A DNA stretch of 64,000 nucleotides from an uncultured Planctomycetota bacterium (GCA_963849325.1 CAWKHF010000002.1:672001-736000), one strand, 5' to 3'; shown: positions 1 through 12,637, counted from the stretch's first letter. The notes: generated by a model from the sequence alone, not told the origin. Numbers and translations: made by a program.

Positions 1-99
1 GTTTTGCTTGGCAAGGCAGCGAGAACGGGTAGAATACAAGGATGAATTATTGGTGAGAATCGTCCTCCCATCGCGATCGCTGTCGGCACAGGGACCACT

Positions 100-1532
100 A
101 TGGACACGATGGATACCACCGCCTTCGAGCAGCAGATCCTCAAGCTGGGACTGGTGAGCGAGGCCCGGTTGGCGGAGGTCCGCGACGAACTCGGTCCGAC
201 GTCGGACCTGACTCACCTGATCGGCATCCTGGAACGCAAGAGCTACCTCACGCCCTGGCAGCGCGGCAAGGTCCTCAAGGGCGACAGCGACGGCTTTTTC
301 CTGGGCGGCTATCGCATCCTCTACAAGATCGCCTCGGGGAGCTTCGGCCGGGTCTTCCGCGCCGACGATCCGCGCGGCGGCCGCGTCGTCGCCGTCAAGG
401 TGCTGCGCCGCCGCTGGAGCGAGGACCAGCAGCGCATCGACCTGTTCATCCGCGAGGGCAAGGTCGGCCTGACGCTCAAGCACCCCAACATCGTCGAGGT
501 GCTGGCCATCAACCACGACGCCTCCTCCGGGCAGTATTACATCGTCATGGAGTTCGTCGAGGGCGGCAACCTGCGCGAGATCCTGCAAATCCGCAAGAAG
601 CTGAACGTGGCCGAGTCGCTGCGCATCATCGAGGACGCGGCCACCGGCCTGGCCTACGCCTACTCGCGCGGCATGACCCACCGCGACATCAAGCTGACCA
701 ACCTGCTCATCTCCAGCACCGGGCGAGGCCAAGCTGGTGGACTTCGGCCTGGCCCAGTTCTTCGCCTCCTTCGCCAAGGAAGACGAGAAGGTGGATCGCA
801 CCGTCGATTACGCCGGCCTGGAGCGGGCCACCGGCGTCAAGACCGGCGACGTGCGCAGCGACATCTATTTCCTCGGCTGCGTCCTGTACGAGATGCTGAC
901 CGGCCGGTCGCCGATTGCCATGACGCGCGACAAGCACGCGCGCATGCGCAAGGAGCGCTTCGAGCAGGTGCCGCCGATTCCGCCCGACGAGGTGCGGTCC
1001 GCCGTCGCTGTTCGCGCTGGTGGAGACGATGATGTCGCTGGACCCCAGCCAGCGCTACCAGACGCCGTCGCAGCTGCTCGACGCCGTCAGGGCGGTGCGG
1101 CGCGAGCTGGAGGGCAAGTCGGGCAAAGGCGACGGACGATCAACGTCGCGTGCCGTCTTCGTCGCCGAGAGCGACGAGCACTTGCAGGAGGTGCTGCGCG
1201 AGCGGCTTAAAGAGCTGGGCTACCGCGTCTTCCTGGCCGGCGATCCGGTGCGGGCGCTGGACCGTTTCCGCCAGCAGCCTTACGATGCGCCTCATCGTGG
1301 ACGCTCGCACGACCGGCGAGGACGGTTTCCGCGTCTTCGAGCAAGTCGTCGAGGAGGCCGCGCGCAGCCGCTTCCCGTGCGCCGGCATCCTCCTGCTCGG
1401 CGAGGACCAGGCCGAATGGGCGAAACGGCTGCGCAACTCGCCGCAGGTGGCCGTCATCGTCCACCACATCACCTTCAAGACCGTCGCGCAAAACTGAAAG
1501 AGCTGCTGGAGGCGGCGCACCAACCGACCTGA
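100..1532 (+). CDS. Ser/Thr protein kinase with C-terminal receiver-like domain (frameshifted several times)
   Basis: Motifs [29 protein letters not shown] in ORF 100..1032; DFGLA and SDIYFLG in ORF 737..1210; REC-like tail ([21 protein letters not shown]) in ORFs 1020..1532 and 1150..1497. Confidence 0.88.
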
Positions 1533-1558
1533 CCCGCCGCGCCGGGGCCGCTGGCGGC

Positions 1559-2339
1559 TCAGCGCTGCGGGATCGGACGCCCCATGCGCTCGAGCAGTTT
1601 CTTCATGTCTTCCCATACGTCCTTCTTCTTGTGCGGACTGCGCCCGGCAGCAGGAAGGCCGGATGATAGGTACACATCACCGGGATGCCCTTGTAGTCGT
1701 GAAAGCGGCCGCGCAGCTTGCCGATGCTCTGCGTGGTGCCGAGCAGGTTCTGGGCAGCGCAGCCGCCGAGGGCACAGAGGAATTTCGGCCGCACCAATTC
1801 GATTTGGCGCTCCAGGTATTCGCGACAGTTGCCCGCCTCGGCTGCGGTTGGCAGACGATTGCCGGGCGGACGGCACTTGCAAATATTGCAGATGTACACC
1901 TCTTCGCGCTTCAGCCGCAGGCGGCGAGGATGCGATTGAGCAGCTGGCCGGCCTCGCCGACGAACGGCTCGCCGCGCTGGTCCTCGGTGGCGCCGGGCGC
2001 CTCGCCGACGAAGCACAGCTCCGCGTCGAGCGGGCCGACGCCGAAGACGGTTTGCGTCCGACTCACCACCAACTCGGTGCAGCGCTGGCAGGTGGACACG
2101 CGCTGGGCCAGGACGGTCAACTCGTGCCGCCGCTGCTCGGCGCCGCCGTCGGAGGCCGGCTCGTTCATGGGGGCGAAGAGGGATGGCGGGGTCACTCCTT
2201 CTCCAGCCGCGGGAGCGGGGGCGGGTTGCGCCGGTGCCTGTGCGGGCAGCCAGCGGACGCCGGCGGCGCGGAGGCTGTCCAGGTGTTGGCGGAGCTGCCG
2301 GGCCAGGTCCGCCGCTGTCTGTTCGGGCTGTTCCGCCAT
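1559..2339 (-). CDS. Uracil-DNA glycosylase family 4 (Fe-S), frameshifted near 1915 and 1645
   Basis: [42 protein letters not shown] motifs spread over ORFs 1911..2339, 1603..2364 and 1559..1882. Confidence 0.9.
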
Positions 2340-2429
2340 GCGTACTCTCCTCGCCGTCTCTCACCTGTTACTATAAGAAAGGTTCCGTCTCGAAGTCGAA
2401 CGGCCCTCTCCCGGAATGGAGACCTCCGT

Positions 2430-3321
2430 ATGTCGAACGCTGCCACGGACACGTTCACGCTCGGCCTGGTGCAAATGCGCTGCGAGGACGACCCGGCGGC
2501 CAACCTGGATCGCGCCGTGTCGGCCATCCAGCGCGCCGCTCGCAACGGCGCCGAGATCATCTGTTTGCAGGAGCTGTTCCGCTCGCCGTACTTCTGCCAG
2601 CGTCAGGATCCCGCCCTGTTCGACCTGGCCGAGCCGATACCCGGTCCGACCACGGAGCGCTTGTCGCAGGCGGCCCGCGAGGCCGAGGCCGTCATCGTCG
2701 CGTCGCTGTTCGAGCGCCGCACCCCCGGAGTGTACCACAACACCGCCGTCGTCTTCGACGCCGACGGCAGCCTGTGCGGCCTGTACCGCAAGATGCACAT
2801 TCCCGACGATCCGCTGTACTTCGAGAAGTATTACTTCACGCCCGGCGATACCGGTTTTCGTACTTTCCCGACGCGCTTCGGCCGTATCGGCGTGCTGGTG
2901 TGCTGGGACCAGTGGTTTCCCGAGGCGGCCCGCCTGACCGCCCTGCAAGGCGCCGAGGTGTTGCTCTACCCGACGGCGATCGGCTGGCACCCCAACGAGA
3001 AAGCGGAGCATGGCGCCTCCCAGCGCGAGGCTTGGGAGACTGATGCAGCGCGCCCACGCCATCGCCAACGGCGTCTACGTCGCCGCCGTCAACCGCGTCG
3101 GTCACGAAGGACCGGCCGGCGGCGGCCTGGAGTTCTGGGGTTCGTCGTTCGTCTGCGATCCGTTCGGCGTCCTGGTTGGTCAGACCTCGCAGGACCGCGA
3201 GGAAGTGCTGGTGGTCCCCTGCGACCGCCGCCGCCTGGAGGAAGTGCGCCGCAACTGGCCTTTCCTGCGCGACCGCCGCATCGACGCTTACTCCGACCTC
3301 GGTCGGCGCTGGCTGGGCTAG
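2430..3321 (+). CDS. Carbon-nitrogen hydrolase (N-carbamoylputrescine amidase-like), frameshift near 3040
   Basis: Nitrilase E-K-C triad: [24 protein letters not shown]-terminus [27 protein letters not shown] in ORF 3010..3321. Confidence 0.88.
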
Positions 3322-3336
3322 GGCTAGGACGATTTA

Positions 3337-3395
3337 TCGGAGCCCGAAGCGTGAGCGAGGGAAGCCCTTTCCCTCGCTCACGCTTCGGGCTCCGA
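3337..3395. repeat. REP-like palindrome (AGCCyGAAGCGTnAGCGA family)
   Basis: tcggagcccgaagcgtgagcgaggga ... tccctcgctcacgcttcgggctccga inverted repeat; related copies at 16470 and 36257. Confidence 0.8.
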
Positions 3396-3458
3396 CGACA
3401 TCGTCTACAATGGAAGAATATCGCCGTCGTCCATCCCTCACCCGGAGACCATGGGAAC

Positions 3459-4869
<1,411 letters not shown>

Positions 4870-4883
<14 letters not shown>

Positions 4884-5292
4884 GTTCATCCACGACCGCG
4901 GCCGCGGCCCCGAGATCAAGGGCACGCGCATCACGGTCTATTCCATCCTCGATTACTTGCTGCTGGCGTGGCCCCCAGATCAAATTGCCACCTCCTTTCG
5001 GCTCAGTTCCGAGCAGGTCCGCGTTGCCATCGATTACATCAACGAGCATACGCTCCAAGTTCTGCGGGAATACGTAAAAATTCTGGAGCGGGGAGAGCGC
5101 GGCAACTCGCCAGAAGTGCAAGCTGTCATCGACGCCAATCACGAAAAGTTTTTGCAGACGGTAGCCAAGATCCGGCAGATCGAGGAAACGGATCCGGGTG
5201 CTCGGAAATTGATGGTTACCGCTTTGATCGAGGAGTATCGTCGATCAACCGAGAAGGTGCCCTCTCATGCCAACGATAATGGCAGATCATGA
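4870..5292 (+). CDS. DUF433-family protein (probable antitoxin)
   Basis: [39 protein letters not shown] matches the DUF433 pattern; overlaps both neighbours. Confidence 0.8.
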
Positions 5293-5671
5293 CATCGAGG
5301 GGCAATTCGCGGAACTCGTTCGCATCCTCCTGTCGTCGGACTGGTCCGACTGGTGGGCGGACCTTGGCTGCAAGACGGAGACGTTCGCCTCCTTGGGCTT
5401 ATCCGAGAATTCGCCGGATGCCCTGGTTTGGGACACGTGCCAGGCGCGTCAGGTGGTGCTCATTACCGGCAACCGCAATGACGACGGAGCCGATTCCTTG
5501 GAGGCAACGATCCGCCGTCTGAATCAGACCGATAGCCTACCCGTGATAACGATTTCGAAACCACAGCAAATGGCGCATCGCTCCTATGCGGAGCGCACCG
5601 CCGTGCGATTGCTGGAGTACCTTTCGGAACTCGACAAGTTTCGTGGCACGGGACGCCTGTATATCCCTTGA
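5267..5671 (+). CDS. DUF5615-like PIN-domain protein (probable toxin)
   Basis: N-terminal ADHDI, then PDALVW..C....VLITGN; follows and overlaps the DUF433 gene. Confidence 0.72.
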   Translation: MPTIMADHDIEGQFAELVRILLSSDWSDWWADLGCKTETFASLGLSENSPDALVWDTCQARQVVLITGNRNDDGADSLEATIRRLNQTDSLPVITISKPQQMAHRSYAERTAVRLLEYLSELDKFRGTGRLYIP

Positions 5672-5697
5672 CACGATCCGCTATTGAAGAGGCAAAC

Positions 5698-7402
5698 ATG
5701 AACAAGCCGGACAACCTGGGCGGCATCATCCACACCTATCAGAAGTACGACCCCGTACAGTTCCCCAGCCCGACGGCGCCGCCGCCCGACCTGGTGTCGC
5801 CCGCCTTCGAGCACCTGCTGCACTACGGCAGCATGCGCCGGCTGACCGAGGAAGAGCTGGCCCGCGCCGTGCGCATCGACCCGAGCCAGATCCGCGGCCT
5901 GGGACCGAGTCTCGAATCGCTCATGGCGATGCTGCGCGAGCGCAAGCGCAAGATCCTGGAAACCTACGAGACCGGCCGCGTCCAGGCCGAGGCGCACCAC
6001 AACTTCCACGGGCCGGCCGCCGAGGCCAAGCCGCCGACCAAGCTGCGGCGAGCGTTCGACGAGGCCGTGCGCGAGGAGCAGCTGCACGACCTCGAACAAC
6101 TGTGGTATCGCGCCGGCGACGAGCGCAGCCCATTCGCCCGGCAACTGCTGCACCTGGCCGAAGCGCTCGGCGAGAAATATCAGGTCGACGAGCTGGCCGC
6201 CAAGTACGAGTTCACCGGCCGCACACCCCTGACCGTCCCCCAGGCGCTGGCCGTCAAGGAGGAGCTGGAGACCATCGACCGTCTGCTCAAGCAGCTCGAA
6301 GAGGCGATGAAGACGGCGCAGATCGGCGTCATCGACCTGGAGGAGTTGGCGCAGTTCGCCGAGCCGGGCGACCTCGAACAGCTCAGCGCCTTGCAGCAGC
6401 AGATCCAGGATTACCTGCGCGAACTGGCCGAGCAGCAAGGATTGGAGCAAGCGCAGCAGGGCGGCTTTCAGATGACGCCGCGCGCCTACCGGCTGTTCCA
6501 GTCGAAGCTGCTGACGCGCATCTTCGAGCAGCTGCAGGCGTCGCGTTCCGGCCGGCATCAGGGGCCGGTCGTCGGCGAAGGCGCCACCGAGATGCAGCAG
6601 ACCAAGCCCTACGAGTTCGGCGATTCCGTCACGCACATGGACATTCCGTCCTCGTTCACCAACGCCCTGTTGCGCACGGGTCCGGGGCTGCCGGTGCGGA
6701 TGAAGCCCGAAGACATCGTCATCCACCAGACGCGCAACAATCCCAAGTGCGCCTCCGTCGTGCTGCTCGACATGTCCGGCTCGATGCGCTACGACGGGCA
6801 ATACATCAACGTCAAGCGCATGGGCCTGGCGCTGGACGGTCTGATCCGCAGCGAATATCCCGGCGACTTCTTGCAGTTCATCGAAATGTACACGTTCGCC
6901 AAGCCGCGGCACATCTCGGAGATCGCCGCGCTGATGCCCAAGCCGGTCACGCTGTACGACCCAGTGGTGCGCAAAAAAGTGGACATGAGCAATCCGCAAA
7001 TCAGCGAGATGATGATTCCGCCGCACTTCACGAACATCCAGCATGGCCTGCATCTGGCACGCAAGTTCCTGATCGGCGCAGGACACGCCGAACCGTCAGG
7101 TCATGCTCATCACCGACGGCCTGCCGACGGCCCACTTCGAGGGCGAATGGCTGTTTCTGCTGTATCCGCCCGACCCGCGCACCGAATCGGCGACGCTGCG
7201 CGAGGGACAGCTGTGTGCCCGCGAGGGCATCACCATCAACATCTTTCTGCTGTCGAGCTGGAACCAGACCAGCGAGGACGTGCAGTTCGCCTACAAATTG
7301 GCCGAGGGCAGTAAGGGCCGCGTCTTCTTCACGGCCGGCCGCGAACTGGATCGCTACGTCGTCTGGGATTATATCGCACGACGCAAGCAGATCATTTCGT
7401 GA
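5698..7402 (+). CDS. von Willebrand factor A domain protein, partner of the AAA ATPase (frameshift near 7075)
   Basis: MIDAS LLDMSGSM, FTNIQHGL, LITDGLPTAH (ORF 7103..7402). Confidence 0.87.
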
Positions 7403-7413
7403 GGCGGCGCGGA

Positions 7414-7974
7414 TTATAGAGGTGGAATGGAGCGACGAATTTCGTCCAGGAGGTCGCGTGTGCCGTGCCGGTCGCACCATGTATAGACATAGGGCCAATC
7501 GATGCTTTTGCCTTGAACAGCGATCACATTACGCACATCGTCACGGTCCTTGAATCGCTTCGTGTTCAATGCCCAGCGCAGCTTGGTGATGATGACGTCC
7601 TCCGCGGTGGCCATACTGACTTCGCGGTCTCCCATTTTCATTCGCCGACGCCGCCGGAAGCGTTCTTGATCGTGCGGATCATCGCTCAGGTGGAAGAGTT
7701 CGATCTTGAACGGTATACCGACCACTTCGAGAATGTGACGGCTGGTCAGGGTCGCTGTCTCAAAGGTCATCTGGGGATCAAGACGAAAGGCCGCGCCCAG
7801 ATGGTTCGCCAACCGGGATAGGGGTTCGGAACCGAGTTGAACCACGAAATCCGCATCGTAAGTCGAACGGGGAACGCCGTACAGATTGCTCGATAAGGAA
7901 CCGACCACCATGTAGGGGATTGCGAGTGTTTCAAGCGCATCGATCATGGCGAGGATTGCTTCATCGTCCGTCAT
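7414..7974 (-). CDS. Nucleotidyltransferase-fold protein, MenT1/AbiEii-like putative toxin
   Basis: YMVVGSLSS..YG.PRSTYDADF (GS..DxD), EDVIITKL and KDRDD motifs. Confidence 0.75.
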   Translation of the reverse strand: MTDDEAILAMIDALETLAIPYMVVGSLSSNLYGVPRSTYDADFVVQLGSEPLSRLANHLGAAFRLDPQMTFETATLTSRHILEVVGIPFKIELFHLSDDPHDQERFRRRRRMKMGDREVSMATAEDVIITKLRWALNTKRFKDRDDVRNVIAVQGKSIDWPYVYTWCDRHGTRDLLDEIRRSIPPL

Positions 7975-8201
7975 GGTGCTTGTTCCAAACGCCGTAGGAG
8001 GTTCAGTCTTTCGATGAGGAGTTCCCGAACGCGCTGCTCATCGGCGTCCGGATATTCATTGCGAATTCCATCCGCCATGAGGCGACAGGCTCGGGCGAAA
8101 AGCCGAGGGCCCGATAAGAACTTTTGGTCCAAGGGTGTACGACGCGCACGCAAAACACGTTCGCGGTAAATGTCGTCGATAAGTTCCTCCTTAGGTTCCA
8201 C
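7971..8201 (-). CDS. Small 76-aa helical protein, MenA1-like putative antitoxin
   Basis: GTG start at 8201 with GGAGGG RBS; VEPKEELIDDIYRERVLRARR..GIRNEYPDADEQRVRELLIERL; 4-nt overlap with the NTase gene. Confidence 0.68.
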   Translation of the reverse strand: MEPKEELIDDIYRERVLRARRTPLDQKFLSGPRLFARACRLMADGIRNEYPDADEQRVRELLIERLNLLRRLEQAP

Positions 8202-8244
8202 GATCGACCCTCCCAATGGGCTTGAGGTCAACGGATGACGATCT

Positions 8245-8273
8245 ATTCTGTCTGTTTTCCGAGAAGTTGTCAA
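8245..8273 (-). promoter_or_regulatory. Putative sigma70 promoter of the NTase module
   Basis: TTGACA-17 nt-CAGAAT on the minus strand, about 45 nt upstream of the 8201 start. Confidence 0.5.
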
Positions 8274-8299
8274 TTCAGCGAGCCGCGCGACGATAGCCG

Positions 8300-10091
8300 T
8301 CAGCCGAGTCGGGCCTGTCCGCCCGCCTGAAAATCCGTCACCTCCAGATCGACGCTGCGCCAGCCCTGCCATTCGTTGAGCTTGGGCGTGAAGGCGAGGC
8401 AGCAGGCGCCGCCGGCGGACATCAGCTCGTCGGCCCGATCGGCCATACTCCAGGCGATGGCCCGCAGCACCGTGCCTTGCTGAGCCACGCGAAAACTCAA
8501 GTGCCGTTCGCCGCCGCCGACCTTGCGCGGCTCGCCCTTGACCTGCAAGCCGCCGGCCAGGAACAGCGGCCGTCGATTCTCGGCGCCGTAAGGCTCCAGG
8601 CGATCCAGATCGTCGATCAGGCCGGTGGTGAGTGCGCTCAGGGGAACCTCGGCGTCGAGTATCAGCGTTGGCGTCGGCGGGCCGCCGGGGAAGCGAGCGG
8701 CGGTGTACTCCGCCAGGCGAGCGCGGAAGGCGTCGATGTACTCGGGCAGAACGCGGAAGCCGGCCGCGGCGGCGTGGCCGCCGTGGCCCAGTAGCAGGTC
8801 GCCGCAGGCTCGCAGCGCTTCGTGGAGGGCGAAACCAGGCACCGAGCGACCAGAGCCGACGCCGACGTGAGCGTGACGACCGTTGCCGTTGCCGTCGGGG
8901 TCCGGCAGGGCGACCATCAGCGCCGGCCGGGCATACAGATCGGCCAGCCGGCCGGCCACGATGCCGATGATGCCGGCGTGCCAGTCCGCCTGTGCCAGCA
9001 CCAGGGCGGGATCGTCTCGACGGCCCTGCTCCTCCACCATCTTGCGCGCCTCGGTCACCATGCGGCGCTCCAGCGTCTGCCGCTGGCTGTTCTGCTCTTC
9101 CAGATAGCGGGCCAGCTCGCAGCGCCTGCTCCTCGCGCGCGTCGTGGTCAGCAGATCGACCACCAGGCGAGCGCAGCCGAGCCGGCCGGCCGCGTTCAGC
9201 CGCGGGGCGATCTTGTATCCGATGTCCGAGGCACGCAGCTCGGCCCCTCGTATCAGGCCGGCGGAGTCGCACAGGGCGAGTAGGCCGGGCGAGGTCGTCT
9301 GCCGCAGACGGTGCAGGCCGTGCCGCACCAGAATGCGGTTTTCGTCGTGCAGCGGCACCACGTCGGCCACCACGCCCAGCGACGGCCAGGGCCACGCCGT
9401 CCAGCAGGTACTCGCGGAAGCGCGGCGTCACCTTGGCGCCGCCGCAGGCCCGCTGCGCCAGCGCCCAGGCCAGCTTGAACGCCACTGCCGAGCCGGACAG
9501 TCCGCCGAACGGATAGCTCGTACCCGGCAGGCGCGGGTGGACCAGCACCGCCGCGTCCGGCAGCGTCTCCTTGAACTCGTGGTGGTCGGTGACGATCAGT
9601 TCCAGCCCGAGGCGCTTCGCCTCCTCCGCCTCTTCCAGGCTGGCGATGCCGCAATCGACGGTGACGACCAGCGTGGCGCCGTCCGCCGCGATCTGCCGCA
9701 GCGCATCGCGGTTGAGTCCGTAACCCTCTTCGAGCCGGTGCGGCACGTACAGGTCCGCCGTGGCGCCGAGCAGGCGGAGGACGTTGAGGAGGATGGCGGA
9801 GCCGGTCACGCCGTCCACGTCGTAATCGCCGTAGACGCACAGGCGGCGGCCGGCACGGACGGCGGCGAGGATGCGGTCGGCTGCCTCGGTCACGCCCGGC
9901 AGCAGTTCCGGCGGATGCAGTCCGGTCAGGGGAGCGTCGAGGAAGCGGCGGGCCTCGGAGGCATCGCCCAGGCCGCGATTGAGCAGCAGCTGGGCCACGG
10001 TCGGACCCAGCCCCAGGGCGGCCGACAGGCGTTCGACGGCGGCCGAGTCATGCGGCAGCAGCCGCCAGGTTTTGGCTACGCGATTTGACAA
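8300..10091 (-). CDS. recJ: Single-stranded-DNA exonuclease RecJ (frameshift near 9385)
   Basis: YGDYDVDG, TVDCG, TDHH, PRLNAAGRL, GSGRS, GGHAAAAG, LEPYG motifs. Confidence 0.95.
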
Positions 10092-10387
10092 GGTCGTCCT
10101 TCTTCCGCCGGCCGCCTGGGGAGTGGGGTGCCGGTCCCTCCGATCCTACTACTCGGCGATTATACCGCGAGCCTCGGCGGGAGTAAGCACAAGCCGGACC
10201 CGAACCGCCCCGGTCCCCTCGTCCTCCGCGCTTCCGCCGTCAGCCCCGGCACCGCCGGCATCACCCGCGGCACAATCGTTCCCTGCTTATCCCCTTTTCC
10301 GGAAACATCCCCCAAGATCGTATCTCCCCGCGCCCGATACATTCCATGCAGCCTGGCATTGCACCTCGGAGTTGTGTCCTCGTGTGG

Positions 10388-10432
10388 AGCGCGGGCGTCC
10401 CGCCCGCACCGTGCGGGCGGGACGCCCGCGCT
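10388..10432. repeat. REP-like palindrome
   Basis: agcgcgggcgtcccgcccgcac cgtgcgggcgggacgcccgcgct near-perfect inverted repeat. Confidence 0.75.
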
Positions 10433-10472
10433 TTAACGGCTCGGATCGACCCGCCTGAAAGTGAGGATGTCC

Positions 10473-11135
10473 ATGAGGCGTTTCCCGCTCCAATGGTGCT
10501 TGGCCACCAGTCTCGCCGCTGCCCTGCTGACGTCCGGCTGTCAATATGGCCGGCGGTCGTGCCCGACTTGCGGCATGGCCGCGCCCCCCCTGGCGGCCGC
10601 ACCCGCAGCCTCCTCCCGTAGTCCCTACGCCCCCACGATGATCGCCGCTCCCGCCGTCCCGCGCGAGTCCGAGCCGTCCGGGTCCGGCGACGCGCCTGTT
10701 ATGCATACCGTGGCCAAGCCCGTTTCCCCGGAGCCTCCCGAGGCGGCCGACGAGGCGGTCTCGAAGGCAGCGCCGGTCGCCGCCGTGGAAGCGGAAGCAG
10801 AGCAGCCGACGGTCTCTCCCTACACGGAAAAGCCGGTCGGACGCCGCACCTTCACGGACATCACCGCCGATCCCCATTTCGCTCACGACCCGAAGTATCA
10901 CTGGCTGGTCGGCACCCTCGATTATTCCAAGGTCGAGGATGCCTGGATCCTTCGCTACTGCTCCGTCGAGGAAGACGACCGTTACGGCGGCAGCGTGACG
11001 CTGGTGGACCTGGGCAGCACGGCGGCGTTGAAGAACGGCCAACTCGTGCGCGTCGAAGGTTCCCTGATCAATGCCGACAGCACCCAGCTCCGCCCCGCCT
11101 TCCACGTGCGCGGCCTTCGCATCGTGGGACCGTGA
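10473..11135 (+). CDS. Putative lipoprotein with Pro/Ala-rich linker and C-terminal beta domain
   Basis: Signal MRRFP..LAAALLTSGC (lipobox-like); C-terminal domain similar to that of the next gene. Confidence 0.7.
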   Translation: MRRFPLQWCLATSLAAALLTSGCQYGRRSCPTCGMAAPPLAAAPAASSRSPYAPTMIAAPAVPRESEPSGSGDAPVMHTVAKPVSPEPPEAADEAVSKAAPVAAVEAEAEQPTVSPYTEKPVGRRTFTDITADPHFAHDPKYHWLVGTLDYSKVEDAWILRYCSVEEDDRYGGSVTLVDLGSTAALKNGQLVRVEGSLINADSTQLRPAFHVRGLRIVGP

Positions 11136-11168
11136 GATCACCCTGTTCTACCCCCTTGTGAACGGAAC

Positions 11169-11204
11169 ACCCCCGGGCCGGCGCCGGCCCGGGGGTTTCT
11201 GTTT
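11169..11204 (+). terminator. Rho-independent terminator
   Basis: acccccgggccgg/ccggcccgggggt hairpin followed by ttctgttt. Confidence 0.7.
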
Positions 11205-11487
11205 CGGTTCCCTCGCGGCGGCCTCGGGGCCGAAGGGGCGGGGGAAGCGGAAGATGGAAATGAGGCGGATTCGGAGGTTTTTGGGAAAGCTACTCAAGCG
11301 GGGCGACCTCCGAAGCCGAAATGAAACGGTAGAAATCAGCGCGGTTCCGTCTCCGGGATGGAGGTGGACCCCGCTGGTGTGGAAACGAAGAGGAAGGCTC
11401 GGGTCGCCGCTTTTCCCGGATGGATCGCCCCCTGCCGGGACGCGGCGGCCTTCTGCCGAAGTGAGGCTCCAACGGAGGAATACTCTC

Positions 11488-12606
11488 GTGAATGCTGCGT
11501 TCTTGCTCGTTACAACGGCGTGGTTCGCCGGCGTCGAAATGGCGCCGGCAACCACGGCGGCGCCGGCCGCGACCGCCGCGGCGCCGGCGGCCGCACCGCT
11601 CGGCGGTGCGTGTTGCGGCGGTGGTGGCTACGGCGGCGGCTGCGGCTGTTGCCCGGTCATCGAGTGCTGCTGCCAGAAACCCAGTTGCATGCAGCGCATG
11701 AAGGCGAAATTCCAGAAGAATAGCTGCTGCGAGTGCTGCACTCCCTGCTGCAACACCTGCAACACCTGCGCGACGACCTCGTGCTGCAACACCTGCGCCG
11801 ACCTGCTGCAACACCTGCGCACCGACCTGCTGCAACACCTGCGCCGACCTGCTGCAACACCTGCGCCGACCTGCTGCAACACCTGCGCACCGACCTGCTG
11901 CAACACCGGCTGCAACACCGGTTGCTGTGGCGGCAACTACGTCGCCAGCAGCTGTGGCAGCTGTGGCGCCTGCTGCGAGCCGTGCTGCTGTCAGCAGAAG
12001 CAGGGCTGCCTCGCCCGCATGAAGGCCAAGCGGCAGCAGAAGAATTGCTGCAACACCTGCTGCGAGCCGGTCTGCGGCTGCGGCACGGGTTGCGGCGCGT
12101 CCGTCGGCGCGGGCTGCTGCGGCGCCGGCGTCGGTGGCGCCGTGCCCGGCACCATGCCGCCGGCCGGTGAGCCGATCAAGCTGCCCAAGGATGCCAACCC
12201 CGGCCAGAAGCTGCCCTCCGGCAAGGTCCAGGGTCCGGCCGCTGGCGTGGAAGTCACCCCGACCAGCTCCAACGGGATCGAAACGGAGACCAAAAACCCT
12301 TTTGAACTTGACCGTCGGTATGAAACGCGCGTGGGTCGCGCCGCGGATTACGGCTGGGTGACGGGGCAGCTGTTCTACGTGCATGCCGACGGTGGTCTCT
12401 GGGTTCTCCGTTATGCTCCGCTGTGGAAGGAAGATCCCAACGGCGGCAGCGTGGTCCTGGCTCGTGATCGGCAGATGGACAGCTATCGCGAGGGCGACCT
12501 CGTGACCGTCCACGGCGAGATCCTCAAGCAGAAGGGGTCGATTTTCCTGGGTGGACCTCTGTACCGCACGCAATCGATCGAACTGGTCGATCGCTCGGCA
12601 CGATAA
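11488..12606 (+). CDS. Secreted cysteine-rich repeat protein with C-terminal beta domain
   Basis: GTG start after GGAGG; hydrophobic N-terminus; very dense CC/CxxC content and TCCNTCAP repeats; C-terminal YGWVTGQL..WVLRY..GGSVVL domain. Confidence 0.8.
   Translation: MNAAFLLVTTAWFAGVEMAPATTAAPAATAAAPAAAPLGGACCGGGGYGGGCGCCPVIECCCQKPSCMQRMKAKFQKNSCCECCTPCCNTCNTCATTSCCNTCADLLQHLRTDLLQHLRRPAATPAPTCCNTCAPTCCNTGCNTGCCGGNYVASSCGSCGACCEPCCCQQKQGCLARMKAKRQQKNCCNTCCEPVCGCGTGCGASVGAGCCGAGVGGAVPGTMPPAGEPIKLPKDANPGQKLPSGKVQGPAAGVEVTPTSSNGIETETKNPFELDRRYETRVGRAADYGWVTGQLFYVHADGGLWVLRYAPLWKEDPNGGSVVLARDRQMDSYREGDLVTVHGEILKQKGSIFLGGPLYRTQSIELVDRSAR
11781..11920 (+). repeat. Tandem 22/24-nt coding repeat (TCCNTCAP)
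   Basis: acctgctgcaacacctgcgc(ac)cg repeated about five times. Confidence 0.9.
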
Positions 12607-12637
12607 ACCGCTCCCCCTTCCGCGCAACACTCCTCCG

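Noticed and set aside
7971-10091. 706-aa ORF as an extended RecJ
   Set aside because: The RecJ N-half shifts frame near 9385; the ORF tail is a separate small gene with its own RBS
11781-11920. Short direct repeats as a CRISPR array
   Set aside because: No unique spacers, the repeats are coding, and there are no cas genes
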